The notes under the pieces were generated by a model. That model had not been told where the DNA came from. It saw nothing but the letters and a program-made list of their open reading frames with translations, and ran no database searches. This document shows, in pieces, positions 20,327 to 31,014 of a stretch of DNA of 64,000 nucleotides. Source of the stretch: Candidatus Omnitrophota bacterium (GTDB lineage: Bacteria; Omnitrophota; Gorgyraeia; JAZDFF01). Where the stretch lies: NCBI GenBank assembly GCA_043808095.1, contig JAZDFF010000001.1:1628-65627 (forward strand), in the 5' to 3' direction. The translations under genes and the position numbers were made by a program. Positions within the stretch are counted from its first letter, which is position 1, and each line of letters starts with the position of its first letter.

Positions 20327-21634
20327 GTGAAAATTTCGGTTATAGGCACAGGTTATGTAGGCTTGGTTACAGGAACTTGTCTTGCGGAGTTAGGCAACCA
20401 GGTCATCTGCGTTGATAATGATAGAAATAAAATCGATAATTTAAAGAAGAAAATCGTACCCATTTATGAGCCCGGACTGGAGGACTTAATAAAAAGGAAT
20501 ACGGCAGAGCATAGGCTCTCATTTTCCACCAGCATCAAAGAGGCGGTAGAAAAAAGCGAAGTTATATTTATTGCCGTGGGCACGCCTTCAAAAGAAACTG
20601 GAGAAGCGGATTTAACTGGTATAGAAAGTGTTGCTTTGCAGATTGCAAAGGCAATGAAGTCTTATCGGCTAATTGTAGAAAAGTCTACTGTTCCGGTTGA
20701 AACCGGCTCCTGGGTAGAGCATACCATTAACGTAGGTATAAATAAAAAAATTAAATTTGATGTTGCTTCAAATCCGGAGTTTTTAAGAGAAGGCCAGGCC
20801 ATAAATGATTTTATGCATCCGGACAGGATTGTGATAGGAGTCAATACCCAGAAGGCAAGAGATACCCTCTTTAACCTGTACAAACCACTCGGTGTGCCCA
20901 TAGTAGTAACTGATATAAAATCGGCTGAGTTGATTAAACATGCCTCAAATTCTTTTCTTGCCACAAAGATATCTTTTATTAATGCTGTTTCGCAAATCTG
21001 TGAGTTGACGGGTGCTGATGTAAAGAAGGTAGCTGAAGGCATGGGCTTGGATAGCCGCATTGGTCGAGAATTTTTAAATGCCGGCATTGGTTACGGCGGT
21101 TCATGTTTTCCTAAAGACCTTGATGCCTTTATAAAGATATCAGAGAAATATGGTTATGATTTTCAGCTTTTGAAGGCAGTAAAAGAAATAAACGAAAAAC
21201 AAAGAGAGTTTTTTGTAAAAAAGATAAAAGATGCCATCTGGATATTAAAAGGCAAGGTTATTGGAGTATTAGGTATTTCTTTTAAACCCAATACCGACGA
21301 CATCAGGCAGTCACCGGCAATTGATATCATAAATAGACTGATAGAAGAAGGCGCCTCTGTCCAGGCCTTTGATCCGCAGGCTATGAAGAAATCCAGGGAT
21401 ATTTTAAAAAAGGTAAAATTTTGTAAAGACCCTTACGAGGCATCCCGTAATAGCGACTGTTTGCTTATTCTTACCGAATGGAGTGAGTTTAAGGAATTGG
21501 ATTTCAGGAAAATAAGAAAAATAATGAAACATCCCCTTATCATTGACGGCAGAAACATCTATGACCAAGATTTGTTAAAAAAATTTGGTTTTAGATATAT
21601 TTCTATAGGCAGGTCAAATAAAGCCACGACTTAG
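20327..21634 (+). CDS. ugd: UDP-glucose 6-dehydrogenase
   Basis: MKISVIGTGYVGLVTG Rossmann motif and catalytic GGSCFPKD; GTG start. Confidence 0.85.
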   Translation: MKISVIGTGYVGLVTGTCLAELGNQVICVDNDRNKIDNLKKKIVPIYEPGLEDLIKRNTAEHRLSFSTSIKEAVEKSEVIFIAVGTPSKETGEADLTGIESVALQIAKAMKSYRLIVEKSTVPVETGSWVEHTINVGINKKIKFDVASNPEFLREGQAINDFMHPDRIVIGVNTQKARDTLFNLYKPLGVPIVVTDIKSAELIKHASNSFLATKISFINAVSQICELTGADVKKVAEGMGLDSRIGREFLNAGIGYGGSCFPKDLDAFIKISEKYGYDFQLLKAVKEINEKQREFFVKKIKDAIWILKGKVIGVLGISFKPNTDDIRQSPAIDIINRLIEEGASVQAFDPQAMKKSRDILKKVKFCKDPYEASRNSDCLLILTEWSEFKELDFRKIRKIMKHPLIIDGRNIYDQDLLKKFGFRYISIGRSNKATT

Positions 21635-21770
21635 CGAACGAAGTGAAGCTAAGTCGTTTGGCTGAATTTGACCCTTGACATCTACTTTGAATTAAATATT
21701 TTTAGGTAAATGTCAAAGGTTTAATTCGCGCACACACTTGACAATTTTGTCAAGTGTGCGCTCATTAAAT

Positions 21771-22217
21771 ATGATTGATGGAGTCAAGATAAAAGAATTA
21801 AAGATAATACCTGATGAGCGCGGCAGGCTTATGGAGATACTTAGGGTAGACGACCCTATCTTTAAAAAATTTGGCCAGGTCTATATGACTACTGCCAAAC
21901 CCGGCGTCGTTAAGGCCTGGCATTACCACAAATTACAGATCGATAATTTCACTTGCGTTAATGGACGTATTCGCCTTGTCCTCTACGATGCCAGAGCAGA
22001 TTCTCCTACTTACGGCGAAATCAACGAATTTACCTTAAGCCTTAATGAGCCTAAGCTTATCCAGATACCGCCTAATGTGTATCACGGTTTTAAAGGTATA
22101 AGCGACATCGAGGCCGTAGTTATTAATACGGTAACTCATCCTTATAACAGGCAGTCTCCTGATGAGTACAGGGTTGACGCATTTGATAATACAATAGATT
22201 ATGACTGGAGGAAATAA
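21771..22217 (+). CDS. RmlC-like cupin, dTDP-4-dehydrorhamnose 3,5-epimerase / sugar isomerase family
   Basis: MIDGVKIKELKIIPDERGRLMEI...GQVYMTTAKPGVVKAWHYH fits the RmlC-like fold. Start moved to ATG 21771; the track's 21738 start lies inside an upstream palindrome. Confidence 0.6.
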   Translation: MIDGVKIKELKIIPDERGRLMEILRVDDPIFKKFGQVYMTTAKPGVVKAWHYHKLQIDNFTCVNGRIRLVLYDARADSPTYGEINEFTLSLNEPKLIQIPPNVYHGFKGISDIEAVVINTVTHPYNRQSPDEYRVDAFDNTIDYDWRK

Positions 22218-22467
22218 ATGAAGCCCAAACTTACGGAGCAATAGCGAACGTAAGTTTGCTGGCTGAATTTACCCCCACACCAATTGGCTTATAATTTTAG
22301 GCAGTATTAACAATTGGTGTGGGGGTCCAATTCGCTCGCCACTAATTCTTTGGCGAGCGTCCGCCAAAGTTTTAGTGGAGGACGCATTAACAAAGATGCT
22401 GTTCATAAGAGATTGACTTATGTCGTCATTCTGACTCCATAAGTCAAGTGTTCATTGGAGGAAATAA

Positions 22468-23202
22468 ATGGCTGATTTAAAAGGCATTATTTTAGCAGGC
22501 GGCCTGGGAAGGCGCCTTGAGCCGTTAACGAGAGTGACTAATAAACATCTCTTGCCTGTTTTCTCAAAACCGATGATTTATTATCCGTTACATACGCTGG
22601 TCGAGGCCGCAATAAAGGATATAATGATTGTCACCGGTGGCAATAACGCCGGAGATTTCCTAAAACTTTTAGGAGATGGACATGAATTCGGCTTGAAGCA
22701 TATCCATTATACCTATCAAAGAAACGAAGGCGGGATAGCCGATGCGCTAAAACTTGCCGAGGATTTTGCCGAGGGCGGCCGGATTGTGGTTGTCCTTGGT
22801 GATAATGTGATTGAAAAATCTATTAAAAAATATGTTGATAAATTCAGAAGACAGAAAAAAGGTTCAAGGGTCTTAATCCATAGGGATCCTGATCCAGGGA
22901 GGTTTGGTGTCGTAGAATTTAAGAATGACAAAATCATTGGAATTGAAGAAAAACCCAAGAACCCCAAATCTAATTATATTGTTACCGGCATCTACATGTA
23001 TGATAATAAAGTTTTTAAGATCATTAAAAAGCTTAAACCTTCTGCTAGAGGAGAGCTTGAAATTACCGATGTTAATAATGCCTATTTAAAATCAGGTGAA
23101 TTATATTATGATATTTTAGACGGGTTCTGGACCGACTGCGGTACATTTGATTCGTTGCTTCGTGCTAATAATTTGGTAGCGAAGATCGGAGGTATAATTT
23201 GA
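22468..23202 (+). CDS. Sugar-phosphate nucleotidyltransferase (short glucose-1-phosphate thymidylyltransferase-like)
   Basis: GIILAGGLGRRLEPLT...KHLLPV motif; 244 aa. Confidence 0.7.
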   Translation: MADLKGIILAGGLGRRLEPLTRVTNKHLLPVFSKPMIYYPLHTLVEAAIKDIMIVTGGNNAGDFLKLLGDGHEFGLKHIHYTYQRNEGGIADALKLAEDFAEGGRIVVVLGDNVIEKSIKKYVDKFRRQKKGSRVLIHRDPDPGRFGVVEFKNDKIIGIEEKPKNPKSNYIVTGIYMYDNKVFKIIKKLKPSARGELEITDVNNAYLKSGELYYDILDGFWTDCGTFDSLLRANNLVAKIGGII

Positions 23203-24158
23203 AACTGCTCGTTACAGGTGGGGCGGGATTCATCGGCTCCAATTTTATACGCTATATTCTAGATAAATATCCTGATTACAAGGTAGTGAACCTCGATAAT
23301 TTGAGTTATTGTGGGAATTTAGAGAATTTAAGGTCTATAGAGAAAAATCCCAATTACAAATTTATAAAAGGGGACATCTGCATAGCCAAGATAGTTGAGA
23401 TGTCTTTGAATGATGTCGATGTCGTAATCAATATGGCAGCCGAGACACACGTGGATAGGTCTATAGTTGACGCATTTAGTTTCATTCAGACTAATGTTGT
23501 AGGTACTTATACACTCCTCGAAGCAGCCAAGAGAAAAAAAGTCAAATTATTTTTACAGGTGAGTACTGATGAGGTCTATGGTAGTATCGAAAACGGAAGT
23601 TTCAAAGAGGTAGATCCATTAAACCCCAGCAGCCCCTATGCTGCCAGTAAGGCCTCGGCTGATCTTTTGGCGAGGTCATATTTTACCACTTATAATTTCC
23701 CGGTTGTGATTTCAAGAAGCAGCAATAATTTTGGCCCTTATCAGTATCCGGAGAAAGTCATCCCTTTATTTATTACTAATATTTTGGAGGCTAAAAAAGT
23801 TCCCTTATACGGAGACGGATTAAACAGGAGGGATTGGATTTTTGTCCTGGATAATTGTGCGGCAATTGATTTAGTGATTCATAAGGGCCTTATAGGCGAG
23901 ATTTATAATATCTGTTCAGGCAACGAATTCACTAATAGAGAGCTCACTGATACTATCTTAGCGAAAATGGGTAAAGGCGAAGATACAATTGAGTATGTTT
24001 TGGATCGCCCGGGACATGACAGAAGATATTCGGTGGATCCTTCCAAAATCAGGTCTTTGGGATGGCAACCTTCGTATGATTTTAATAGTCAGTTGGCTCT
24101 TACCATTAGTTGGTATAAGGATAATCAAAAGTGGTGGCAAAGACTAAAAAGGTCTTGA
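23199..24158 (+). CDS. rmlB: dTDP-glucose 4,6-dehydratase
   Basis: [11 protein letters not shown] and YAASKASAD (YxxxK) motifs; 4-nt overlap with the upstream gene. Confidence 0.88.
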   Translation: MKLLVTGGAGFIGSNFIRYILDKYPDYKVVNLDNLSYCGNLENLRSIEKNPNYKFIKGDICIAKIVEMSLNDVDVVINMAAETHVDRSIVDAFSFIQTNVVGTYTLLEAAKRKKVKLFLQVSTDEVYGSIENGSFKEVDPLNPSSPYAASKASADLLARSYFTTYNFPVVISRSSNNFGPYQYPEKVIPLFITNILEAKKVPLYGDGLNRRDWIFVLDNCAAIDLVIHKGLIGEIYNICSGNEFTNRELTDTILAKMGKGEDTIEYVLDRPGHDRRYSVDPSKIRSLGWQPSYDFNSQLALTISWYKDNQKWWQRLKRS

Positions 24159-25012
24159 TTACCGGCTCAACCGGAATGCTGGGCAGCGACCTCTGCCAGG
24201 AATCTTCTTTAGATTACCAGGTTTTTTGTTTAGCAAAACCAATTCAAGAAACAGAGAATTGTTTCTGCGCTGACATCGCTGATAGGGATGCAATAAGAGA
24301 TATATTCCGCAGAATTCATCCGGATATAATAATTCATACCGCAGCCTTCAGCAATGTGGATGGCTGCGAGTTGAATCCGGACCTGGCCCTTAAGATAAAC
24401 GCTGAGGGGACAGGAAATTTGGCACATTACTCAAAGGAAATAGACGCGGTATTTGTTTATATCGGCACGGACTATGTATTTTCCGGCAATAATAATAAGC
24501 CTTATAAGGAGGATGATGATGCTTCGCCGGTAAACGTATATGGAAAGACAAAACTTCTGGGAGAAGAAATAGTAAAAGGCCAGTTAAAAAGATATTTTAT
24601 TGTCCGTACCTCGTGGTTGTTCGGTAGGGGCAGGAAAAATTTCGTAGATATGGTGCTTGAAAAAGCAAAGACCGGCAGTGTTATTAAAATCGTAAGCGAC
24701 AAAGTTAGTTCACCAACGTATACGAAGGATCTAAGTTTAGCCATTTTAAACCTTATCAATAAAGACCATTATGGCATTTTTCATATCGCAAATCAGGGAA
24801 GTTGTTCCTGGTTTGACTGGGCGGCTAAAATTTTGGAATACGCAAAGTTAGACGCTACAAAGTTGTCTCCTATTAGTTTAAAAGAACTGAACCTGGCGGC
24901 AAAACGTCCCCTTATGACGTCGCTTGATATATCCAAATTTGTCAAAGTAACCGGATATCCTATGCGTTCTTGGCAGGACGCCCTGGGAGAATTTATATGT
25001 TCGAAAAACTAA
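24131..25012 (+). CDS. rmlD: dTDP-4-dehydrorhamnose reductase
   Basis: VLITGSTGMLGSDL and YGKTK motifs; ~290 aa RmlD architecture. Confidence 0.85.
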   Translation: MVAKTKKVLITGSTGMLGSDLCQESSLDYQVFCLAKPIQETENCFCADIADRDAIRDIFRRIHPDIIIHTAAFSNVDGCELNPDLALKINAEGTGNLAHYSKEIDAVFVYIGTDYVFSGNNNKPYKEDDDASPVNVYGKTKLLGEEIVKGQLKRYFIVRTSWLFGRGRKNFVDMVLEKAKTGSVIKIVSDKVSSPTYTKDLSLAILNLINKDHYGIFHIANQGSCSWFDWAAKILEYAKLDATKLSPISLKELNLAAKRPLMTSLDISKFVKVTGYPMRSWQDALGEFICSKN

Positions 25013-26295
25013 AACTAAAAATAAATAAAAAAGAGGCAAAGATTGCGGTAATCGGCCTAGGTTATGTCGGCCTGCCCTTAGCGGTTGAATATGCAAAAAG
25101 AGGATTTACCGTCTTCGGGATAGATAATGACAAGGATAGGATTAATAAAGCCAAGAATCTAGTGCCTTATATTCTGGATGTCCCGACAGAAGATATTAAA
25201 AATGTGCTGGATAAAAATAAATTATTTCCGACAACACAATTTAATAAATTAGGAATCTCGGACGTAGCTATTATCTGTGTCCCTACGCCATTAAAGAGGA
25301 AATACCAGCCGGACATTTCTTATATTATAAGCGCAGCTAAAGAAATTAAAAAATATATTCATAAAAATCAATTGGTAGTTTTAGAAAGTACCACCTATCC
25401 GGGCACTACCGAAGAAGTGATCTTGCCCTTACTTGAATCAAGCGGACTGAAATGCGGCAGAGATTTTCTCCTCGCTTTTTCGCCCGAAAGAATTGACCCC
25501 GGAAACGAAAAATTCCCGGTTTATAAGATTCCCAAGGTAGTCGGCGGCCTCACCCCAGAGGCTACAATATTGACTAAGTTGCTTTATGAGAACATCATAG
25601 AGAAAGTAGTCCCTGTTTCATCGACAAAGGTGGCTGAGACCGTAAAATTATTGGAAAATACCTTCCGCATCGTTAATATCGCCCTTATTAATGAGATAGC
25701 CATGATGGCCCATAAAATGAATATGGATATCTGGGAGATAATTGAAGCGGCCAGCACCAAGCCCTTTGGTTTCATGAGTTTTTATCCGGGTCCGGGCGTA
25801 GGGGGCCACTGCATACCAAAAGATCCACTGTACTTATACTGGAAGGCAAAACTGCACGGTTTTAAATCCCGTTTTATTAAATTGGCTTCGGATATAAACA
25901 ATGCCATGCCTGATTATGTTGTGTCAAGGGTATCCGCAGGCTTAAAAAAACGAGGCAAGAACCTGTCTTCGTCTAAGGTTTTAATTGTCGGCGTAACCTA
26001 TAAAAGAGATGTCAAGGATTTACGCAAGTCTCCAGGTATAGAAATTATCGATATCTTTAAGTCTATGCATGCGCATGTAGCTTATTACGACCCCCTGATC
26101 CCGTTTTTAAAGATCAATAATATTAATCTTAAGTCGGTAACACTAGATAAAAAGACACTCAAAAGCTTTGACTGCGTGGTTATTGTAACCGACCACAGTG
26201 ATATTAATTATCAGCTGATATCGGATAATTCCAAACTTATCTTTGATACCCGCAACGTATTTAAAAGACAAAACCCAAAGATTGAGAGGCTATAA
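24997..26295 (+). CDS. Nucleotide-sugar dehydrogenase (UDP-ManNAcA/UDP-GlcNAc dehydrogenase family)
   Basis: IAVIGLGYVGLPLA Rossmann motif and GGHCIPKDP catalytic Cys. Start placed at ATG 24997. Confidence 0.8.
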   Translation: MFEKLKLKINKKEAKIAVIGLGYVGLPLAVEYAKRGFTVFGIDNDKDRINKAKNLVPYILDVPTEDIKNVLDKNKLFPTTQFNKLGISDVAIICVPTPLKRKYQPDISYIISAAKEIKKYIHKNQLVVLESTTYPGTTEEVILPLLESSGLKCGRDFLLAFSPERIDPGNEKFPVYKIPKVVGGLTPEATILTKLLYENIIEKVVPVSSTKVAETVKLLENTFRIVNIALINEIAMMAHKMNMDIWEIIEAASTKPFGFMSFYPGPGVGGHCIPKDPLYLYWKAKLHGFKSRFIKLASDINNAMPDYVVSRVSAGLKKRGKNLSSSKVLIVGVTYKRDVKDLRKSPGIEIIDIFKSMHAHVAYYDPLIPFLKINNINLKSVTLDKKTLKSFDCVVIVTDHSDINYQLISDNSKLIFDTRNVFKRQNPKIERL

Positions 26296-26357
26296 TACAC
26301 AGATTAGCACAGATATCTGTGCTAATCTGTGTAGTAATTATTTAACTGGAGAAAAAT

Positions 26358-27293
26358 ATGGCAAGATACTTAGTTACCGGCGGGGCAGGCTTTATCGGCT
26401 CGCATATTGCAAGGAAATTAGTAGAAGAGAGTCAGGAAGTCTTGGTCCTGGATAATTTTTCAACGGGAAAACGCGAGAATTTAGACGGTATTTTAGACAA
26501 GATTACCCTGATTGAAGGCGATATCCGGGATAAAGAGCTCGTAAGAAATTCCTTAAGGGGCATAGACTTTATTTTGCATCAGGCAGCTCTGCGTTCGGTG
26601 CCGAAGTCAGTAAATGACCCGATTACCTATAACGATGTCAATGTGACCGGAACATTGAATCTTTTGCTCGTTGCAAGAGAGGCGGGGGTAAAACGCCTTG
26701 TCCTTGCCTCTTCAAGTTCGGTCTACGGAGACGCAAAAAAAATGCCCGAGAGAGAAGACCAGTTGCCTGCTCCCATCTCTCCGTATGCCGCGACAAAATT
26801 GGCCGGTGAGTACTATTGCGGCTTTTGTTCTGCCGTATACGGCCTTGAGACCGTATCTTTGCGTTATTTTAATGTCTTTGGCCCAAGACAGTCGCTCGAA
26901 TCAGAATACGCAGTTGTTATACCAAAGTTTATCAGTTGTATGCTTAAAGATGCCGCTATGCCAATTTACGGCGACGGTAAACAATCCCGGGATTTTACCT
27001 ATATCGATAATGTCGTTCAGGCTAATATCCTGGCATCCCGGGCAAAGTTACAATGTCCGCAGGTTTTTAACGTAGCCTCAGGCCATGCCTATAGCGTCCT
27101 GGATTTAGTCGCAAATTTAAATAAAATAATGAAAAAAAATATAAAACCTGATTTCTTGCCTCTCCGCTCAGGCGATGTAAGACATACCCTGGCCGACATT
27201 TCAAAGGCAAGGAGGCTTTTAGGATTTAACCCCGAGATTGATTTTGTTGAGGGCTTGGAAAGGACGGTCAAATGGTTCGAAAGTCAAAGGTAG
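26358..27293 (+). CDS. NAD-dependent nucleotide-sugar epimerase (UDP-GlcNAc/UDP-glucose 4-epimerase-like)
   Basis: [10 protein letters not shown] and YAATKLAGE motifs. Confidence 0.8.
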   Translation: MARYLVTGGAGFIGSHIARKLVEESQEVLVLDNFSTGKRENLDGILDKITLIEGDIRDKELVRNSLRGIDFILHQAALRSVPKSVNDPITYNDVNVTGTLNLLLVAREAGVKRLVLASSSSVYGDAKKMPEREDQLPAPISPYAATKLAGEYYCGFCSAVYGLETVSLRYFNVFGPRQSLESEYAVVIPKFISCMLKDAAMPIYGDGKQSRDFTYIDNVVQANILASRAKLQCPQVFNVASGHAYSVLDLVANLNKIMKKNIKPDFLPLRSGDVRHTLADISKARRLLGFNPEIDFVEGLERTVKWFESQR

Positions 27294-28294
27294 TAGTAAT
27301 TACCGGAGGGGCAGGTTTTATCGGTTCGCATCTGGGAGAGCACCTCTTAAAAGAAGGTAATAGGATTATTTGCATTGATAACTTGATTACCGGAAAAATT
27401 GACAATATCCAGGGCCTTTTAATAAACAGCAATTTTAAATTCATCCAGCACGATGTTACTAAATTCATTGATATCGAAGGGCCGGTGGATTACGTCTTAC
27501 ATTTTGCCTCGCCAGCGAGCCCCGTTGATTATTTGACCTATCCCATCCAGACCTTAAAAGTCGGTTCTCTCGGCACGCATAATTCCCTGGGCCTGGCTAA
27601 GGCCAAAAAGGCAAAATTCCTCTTAGCCTCTACTTCTGAGGTATACGGCGACCCGTTAGTGCATCCTCAAAGAGAAGATTACTGGGGCAATGTTAATTGT
27701 GTTGGGCCGCGCGGGGTATATGATGAAGCCAAGCGTTTTGCGGAAAGTATTACCCTGGCTTATCATCGCACTCATAAATTAGATACCAAGATAATCCGTA
27801 TATTTAATACCTATGGTGAAAAGATGCGCAGTCACGACGGTAGGGTTATCCCGAATTTTATCACTCAGGCACTTTCCCATAAGCCCATCACCGTCTATGG
27901 TAAAGGAAATCAAACCAGGTCTTTTTGTTACATCTTAGATTTAGTTGAAGGAATTACGCGGATTATGAAATCCGGATCATCTGAGCCAATAAACCTCGGC
28001 AATCCTAGAGAATACAAAGTTCTAGAACTGGCTAAAATTATAATCAAGATGACTGGTTCTAAAAGTAAGATTATCTACGAGTCCCTTCCTCAAGATGACC
28101 CAAAACAACGTTGTCCGGATATCTCCAAAGCAAAAAAACTGCTAAGTTGGCAGCCAAAAGTAAAATTAGAAGAGGGTTTAATGAAGACTATTTTATGGTT
28201 TAAGGCCCACTTACATGATTTTCATCAAACAACCGCGGCAGATAGAAGTTGCAGAAAACATTATAATGAAAAAATCTGCCGTCGTCCAACCTGA
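27272..28294 (+). CDS. UDP-glucuronate decarboxylase (UDP-xylose synthase)
   Basis: [31 protein letters not shown] and [20 protein letters not shown] are hallmarks of UXS/ArnA-type decarboxylases. Confidence 0.8.
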   Translation: MVRKSKVVVITGGAGFIGSHLGEHLLKEGNRIICIDNLITGKIDNIQGLLINSNFKFIQHDVTKFIDIEGPVDYVLHFASPASPVDYLTYPIQTLKVGSLGTHNSLGLAKAKKAKFLLASTSEVYGDPLVHPQREDYWGNVNCVGPRGVYDEAKRFAESITLAYHRTHKLDTKIIRIFNTYGEKMRSHDGRVIPNFITQALSHKPITVYGKGNQTRSFCYILDLVEGITRIMKSGSSEPINLGNPREYKVLELAKIIIKMTGSKSKIIYESLPQDDPKQRCPDISKAKKLLSWQPKVKLEEGLMKTILWFKAHLHDFHQTTAADRSCRKHYNEKICRRPT

Positions 28295-28326
28295 GCGTCA
28301 GTTTTTTAGCTCTTAACTACAAAAAT

Positions 28327-29052
28327 ATGCAGGCAATAATTTTAGCAGGCGGAAAAGGCGAAAGGCTCAAGTCCATTACCAGGGATATTCCAAAACCTAT
28401 TATCCCGCTTGGCGGGAAACCTTTTTGTCTTTATCAGATAGAATTGCTTAAAAAACACGGTGTCAGGGATATCATTTTTAGCATCGGGTATTTGCGGGAA
28501 AAAGTCCAGAGGTTATTGGGTAATGGTAGTGATTTAGGCATAGATATCCACTATGCGATAGAAGATGAGCCATTAGGGACTGCCGGAGCGATAAAGAATT
28601 CAGCACAGTACCTGCACTCAGATGCTCTTTTTTTGGTTCTAAACGGCGATGTCTTGACTGATATGGATTTGTCTAAATTAATTGAGTTCCACAGATCTAA
28701 AAAATCTTTTGTGACGATTTCCTTAATTGAGGCAAAAGAAAAGAAATCTTATGGCTCAGTCCTGGTTAATAAAAATGGGCGCATAAAATCATTTGCGGAA
28801 AAAGTTGAGTCTTTGCAAAATTCACAGTTTGTGAATGCCGGTATCTACGTATTTGAAAGAAGGGCCCTGGATAAGATTCCTCCTGCCCTAAATTACTCTT
28901 TTGAAAAGGAATTCATCCCACGCCTTGTAAGAAAGAATTTACCTGTTTTTGGTTTTAAGACCTCTTGTTACTGGATAGATATCGGAGAACCATCGCGTTT
29001 TAAACAGGCAGAGAAAGAGATTTCCAGGTTGCACCCTGAGCTTAGAAAATAA
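28327..29052 (+). CDS. Sugar-phosphate nucleotidyltransferase (mannose-1-P guanylyltransferase-like)
   Basis: MQAIILAGGKGERLKSIT...PKPIIPLGGKP motif. Confidence 0.7.
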   Translation: MQAIILAGGKGERLKSITRDIPKPIIPLGGKPFCLYQIELLKKHGVRDIIFSIGYLREKVQRLLGNGSDLGIDIHYAIEDEPLGTAGAIKNSAQYLHSDALFLVLNGDVLTDMDLSKLIEFHRSKKSFVTISLIEAKEKKSYGSVLVNKNGRIKSFAEKVESLQNSQFVNAGIYVFERRALDKIPPALNYSFEKEFIPRLVRKNLPVFGFKTSCYWIDIGEPSRFKQAEKEISRLHPELRK

Positions 29053-29135
29053 GTAATTAATGATTACGGTGATTATTAGAATACGATTACAGCGATAAAA
29101 ACATAAAACTTGAGTTAAACCTTAGTTTAAATTAA

Positions 29136-29741
29136 ATGAGACGACTAAATAAGAAGGCAATAAGTTTAGCCGAATTGGTAATTACTATAGCGATTATGGT
29201 CATCTTGGCAGTTATGGCCCTGATCCGGACCGGCTATAATGACACCTTAAAATTAAATGCCTGCGCCAGAAAGATTGCGGGAGATATTAGGTATGTCCAG
29301 CAGTTGGCAATGACCGAGTCTAAATCCAGTGTAAGTGCGAATCCCTATATTATGGATTTTAATCCTCCTTCTGCGTCTTGGGTTCCTGGCCATCCGAATT
29401 TACCTTTAGGCCAAAGCTATATGGTAGTAAGAAGTGGTCTCGCCGGTTATTTACAAGACCCCTACGCCAAAGAGGATTTAGTAATGGACTTTACAAAACA
29501 AGATACCTGCAAGGGTGTAAATTTTACAAACGTAACTCTTGGAACTTGTGGAACTTGTAAGTCTCTGCGGTTTAGTGACAATCTAGGTACGCCACTTTCG
29601 GCTAATTTAGTGGGATATTTTGGTTCCTGGGCATATGGGACTTATCCTCTAAGCGCAGCACCCCAGATTGCTATTTCTTACAAGGGTAAATTAGTTACAA
29701 TTTACATTACCCCAGAGACAGGCTTGGTGAGGATAGAGTGA
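29136..29741 (+). CDS. Prepilin-like protein with an atypical class-III signal
   Basis: The N-terminus is KKAISLAELVITIAIMVILAV, with A-I-S-L-A-E in place of the usual G-F-T-L-I-E. It has a hydrophobic helix and a Cys pair near the C-terminus. Confidence 0.5.
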   Translation: MRRLNKKAISLAELVITIAIMVILAVMALIRTGYNDTLKLNACARKIAGDIRYVQQLAMTESKSSVSANPYIMDFNPPSASWVPGHPNLPLGQSYMVVRSGLAGYLQDPYAKEDLVMDFTKQDTCKGVNFTNVTLGTCGTCKSLRFSDNLGTPLSANLVGYFGSWAYGTYPLSAAPQIAISYKGKLVTIYITPETGLVRIE

Positions 29742-29810
29742 TGCAATTTTTAAAAAGAAAAATTGCATTGATTACAGCGATTTTTAAAAAAGATTACAGT
29801 GATTAAAGAA

Positions 29811-30150
29811 ATGATTATCCCGAATGATGTTATTCTTTGTAGTGTCTCTTCGGGATCCCGTTCCGAATATAGCAAATGCTTTTGTATAGTTTCGGGATCC
29901 CGACGATTCGCTTCTATGAATACCTTCATTCGGGAAAGAATAACCTAAAAAGTTACTACATTCGGGACAGTGATAGAACCATATTTAATGTCCAATATCC
30001 AATAAATACCAATAATACCAATGAATGTCCAATTGCCAATTGGATAGTTGGGATTTGGGATTTTATTGGCACTTCGACTTTGCTCAGTGCCAATGGTGAG
30101 CATAGTCGAACCATTGGAGTTTGGTAGTTATTGGTAAATATTGGGATTTA
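29811..30150. repeat. Left direct repeat flanking the pilin/PilX-like locus: a composite of two MITE-like units plus a CCAAT/ATTGG-word palindrome
   Basis: 29811-29860 is identical to 37321-37380, and 29977-30062 is identical to 37430-37524. The left copy carries an extra 46-bp insert (30062-30108) from the 'acttcgactttgctcag' repeat family. Confidence 0.7.
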
Positions 30151-30287
30151 AAGAGTCATTGGGACATTGTCCCGCGTAGCGGGATTCCGCTTTCGTTTTA
30201 ATTAGATAGGCGGGAAAGAATTAGGAATTTATTCGGCATTAGTCATTAGGAATTCAACATTAACTTTTATTTTAAGAGGTGTGATAA

Positions 30288-30791
30288 ATGAAGATAGATA
30301 AAAGGACAAAAGGTGTAACCCTTATCGAATTAGTCATAGTAATCTTGGTTTTGAGTATTGCCAGTCTTGGCCTGCTTTCCTTATTCAACCAGGTCATCCG
30401 CTCAACAGTTAAACAGGAGTCTATGACCGTGGCAACCCAGTTGGCCAGAGGCCTGATGGAGAAATTAATGTTGGTGGATTTCTATGAATTAAGGAAACCT
30501 TTTTCCGATGGAGGTTACGATGACAGATTTTGTGATTTAACTACGTGTAGTGATAGTGATTGGACGACGGATTGGAAGAGTCGCGGTTATTGCTACAATA
30601 TAGAGGTCAAATCCATTAATCCTGATTATATCAATGCCCCTACTAACAATGATTTGGCTGATAGCGCTGCGGTAGTAGATTTCTCTAATTTCTTAAGAGT
30701 CAGGGTAAGGGTCTGGAGACAAGGGGCTACTGGCGCAAGACTCTGCCCGGATATAGATTTATATACGATTGTGACACCTTATAAGTATTGA
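30288..30791 (+). CDS. Type IV pilin/pseudopilin-like protein
   Basis: Canonical prepilin motif KGVTLIELVIVILVLSI (G|VTLIE). Confidence 0.7.
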   Translation: MKIDKRTKGVTLIELVIVILVLSIASLGLLSLFNQVIRSTVKQESMTVATQLARGLMEKLMLVDFYELRKPFSDGGYDDRFCDLTTCSDSDWTTDWKSRGYCYNIEVKSINPDYINAPTNNDLADSAAVVDFSNFLRVRVRVWRQGATGARLCPDIDLYTIVTPYKY

Positions 30792-30845
30792 TAATATAAA
30801 TGATAAATTTCCAATATCCAATAATACCAATGAATGTCCAATTTC

Positions 30846-30921
30846 TCCCGAATACAGTTACCCAAAGAAGTTATGCTTCGGGATCCCGAAGTTATACTTC
30901 GCAGAGATACTACATTCGGGA
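30846..30921. repeat. MITE-like palindromic element (copy)
   Basis: TCCCGAATA...GCTTCGGGATCCCGAAGT...CATTCGGGA. Confidence 0.6.
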
Positions 30922-31014
30922 CAATGACCAATTAGATAATTGAGATTTGGGATTTCATTGGGATTTGGTAGTTATTGGTAATTATTGGGATTTAAGTGTA
31001 AAGGGGTTGTCCAA

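Noticed and set aside
21738-21770. Track start of the rmlC-like gene at 21738, and the 58777 start for the rpsO region
   Set aside because: The N-terminal extensions are translations of perfect palindromes (CACTTGACAATTTTGTCAAGTG; CCCTTGACAT...ATGTCAAGGG). Conserved protein N-termini begin at 21771 (ATG) and 58903 (TTG with RBS).
26698-27075. 125-aa alternate-frame ORF inside the epimerase gene, plus many other internal or antisense ORFs
   Set aside because: Examples: 917..1156, 1951..2259, 5159..5509, 5963..6307, 20662..21087, 31506..32048, 53430..54152. All are embedded in or antisense to well-supported genes with clear homology. They have no independent support.
30068-30095. Sigma54 promoter TGGCAC...TTTGC upstream of the pilin gene
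   Set aside because: The GG-to-GC spacing is 12 nt rather than the required 10. The sequence belongs to the ACTTCGACTTTGCTCAG repeat family, which is inserted here relative to the right-hand flank copy.
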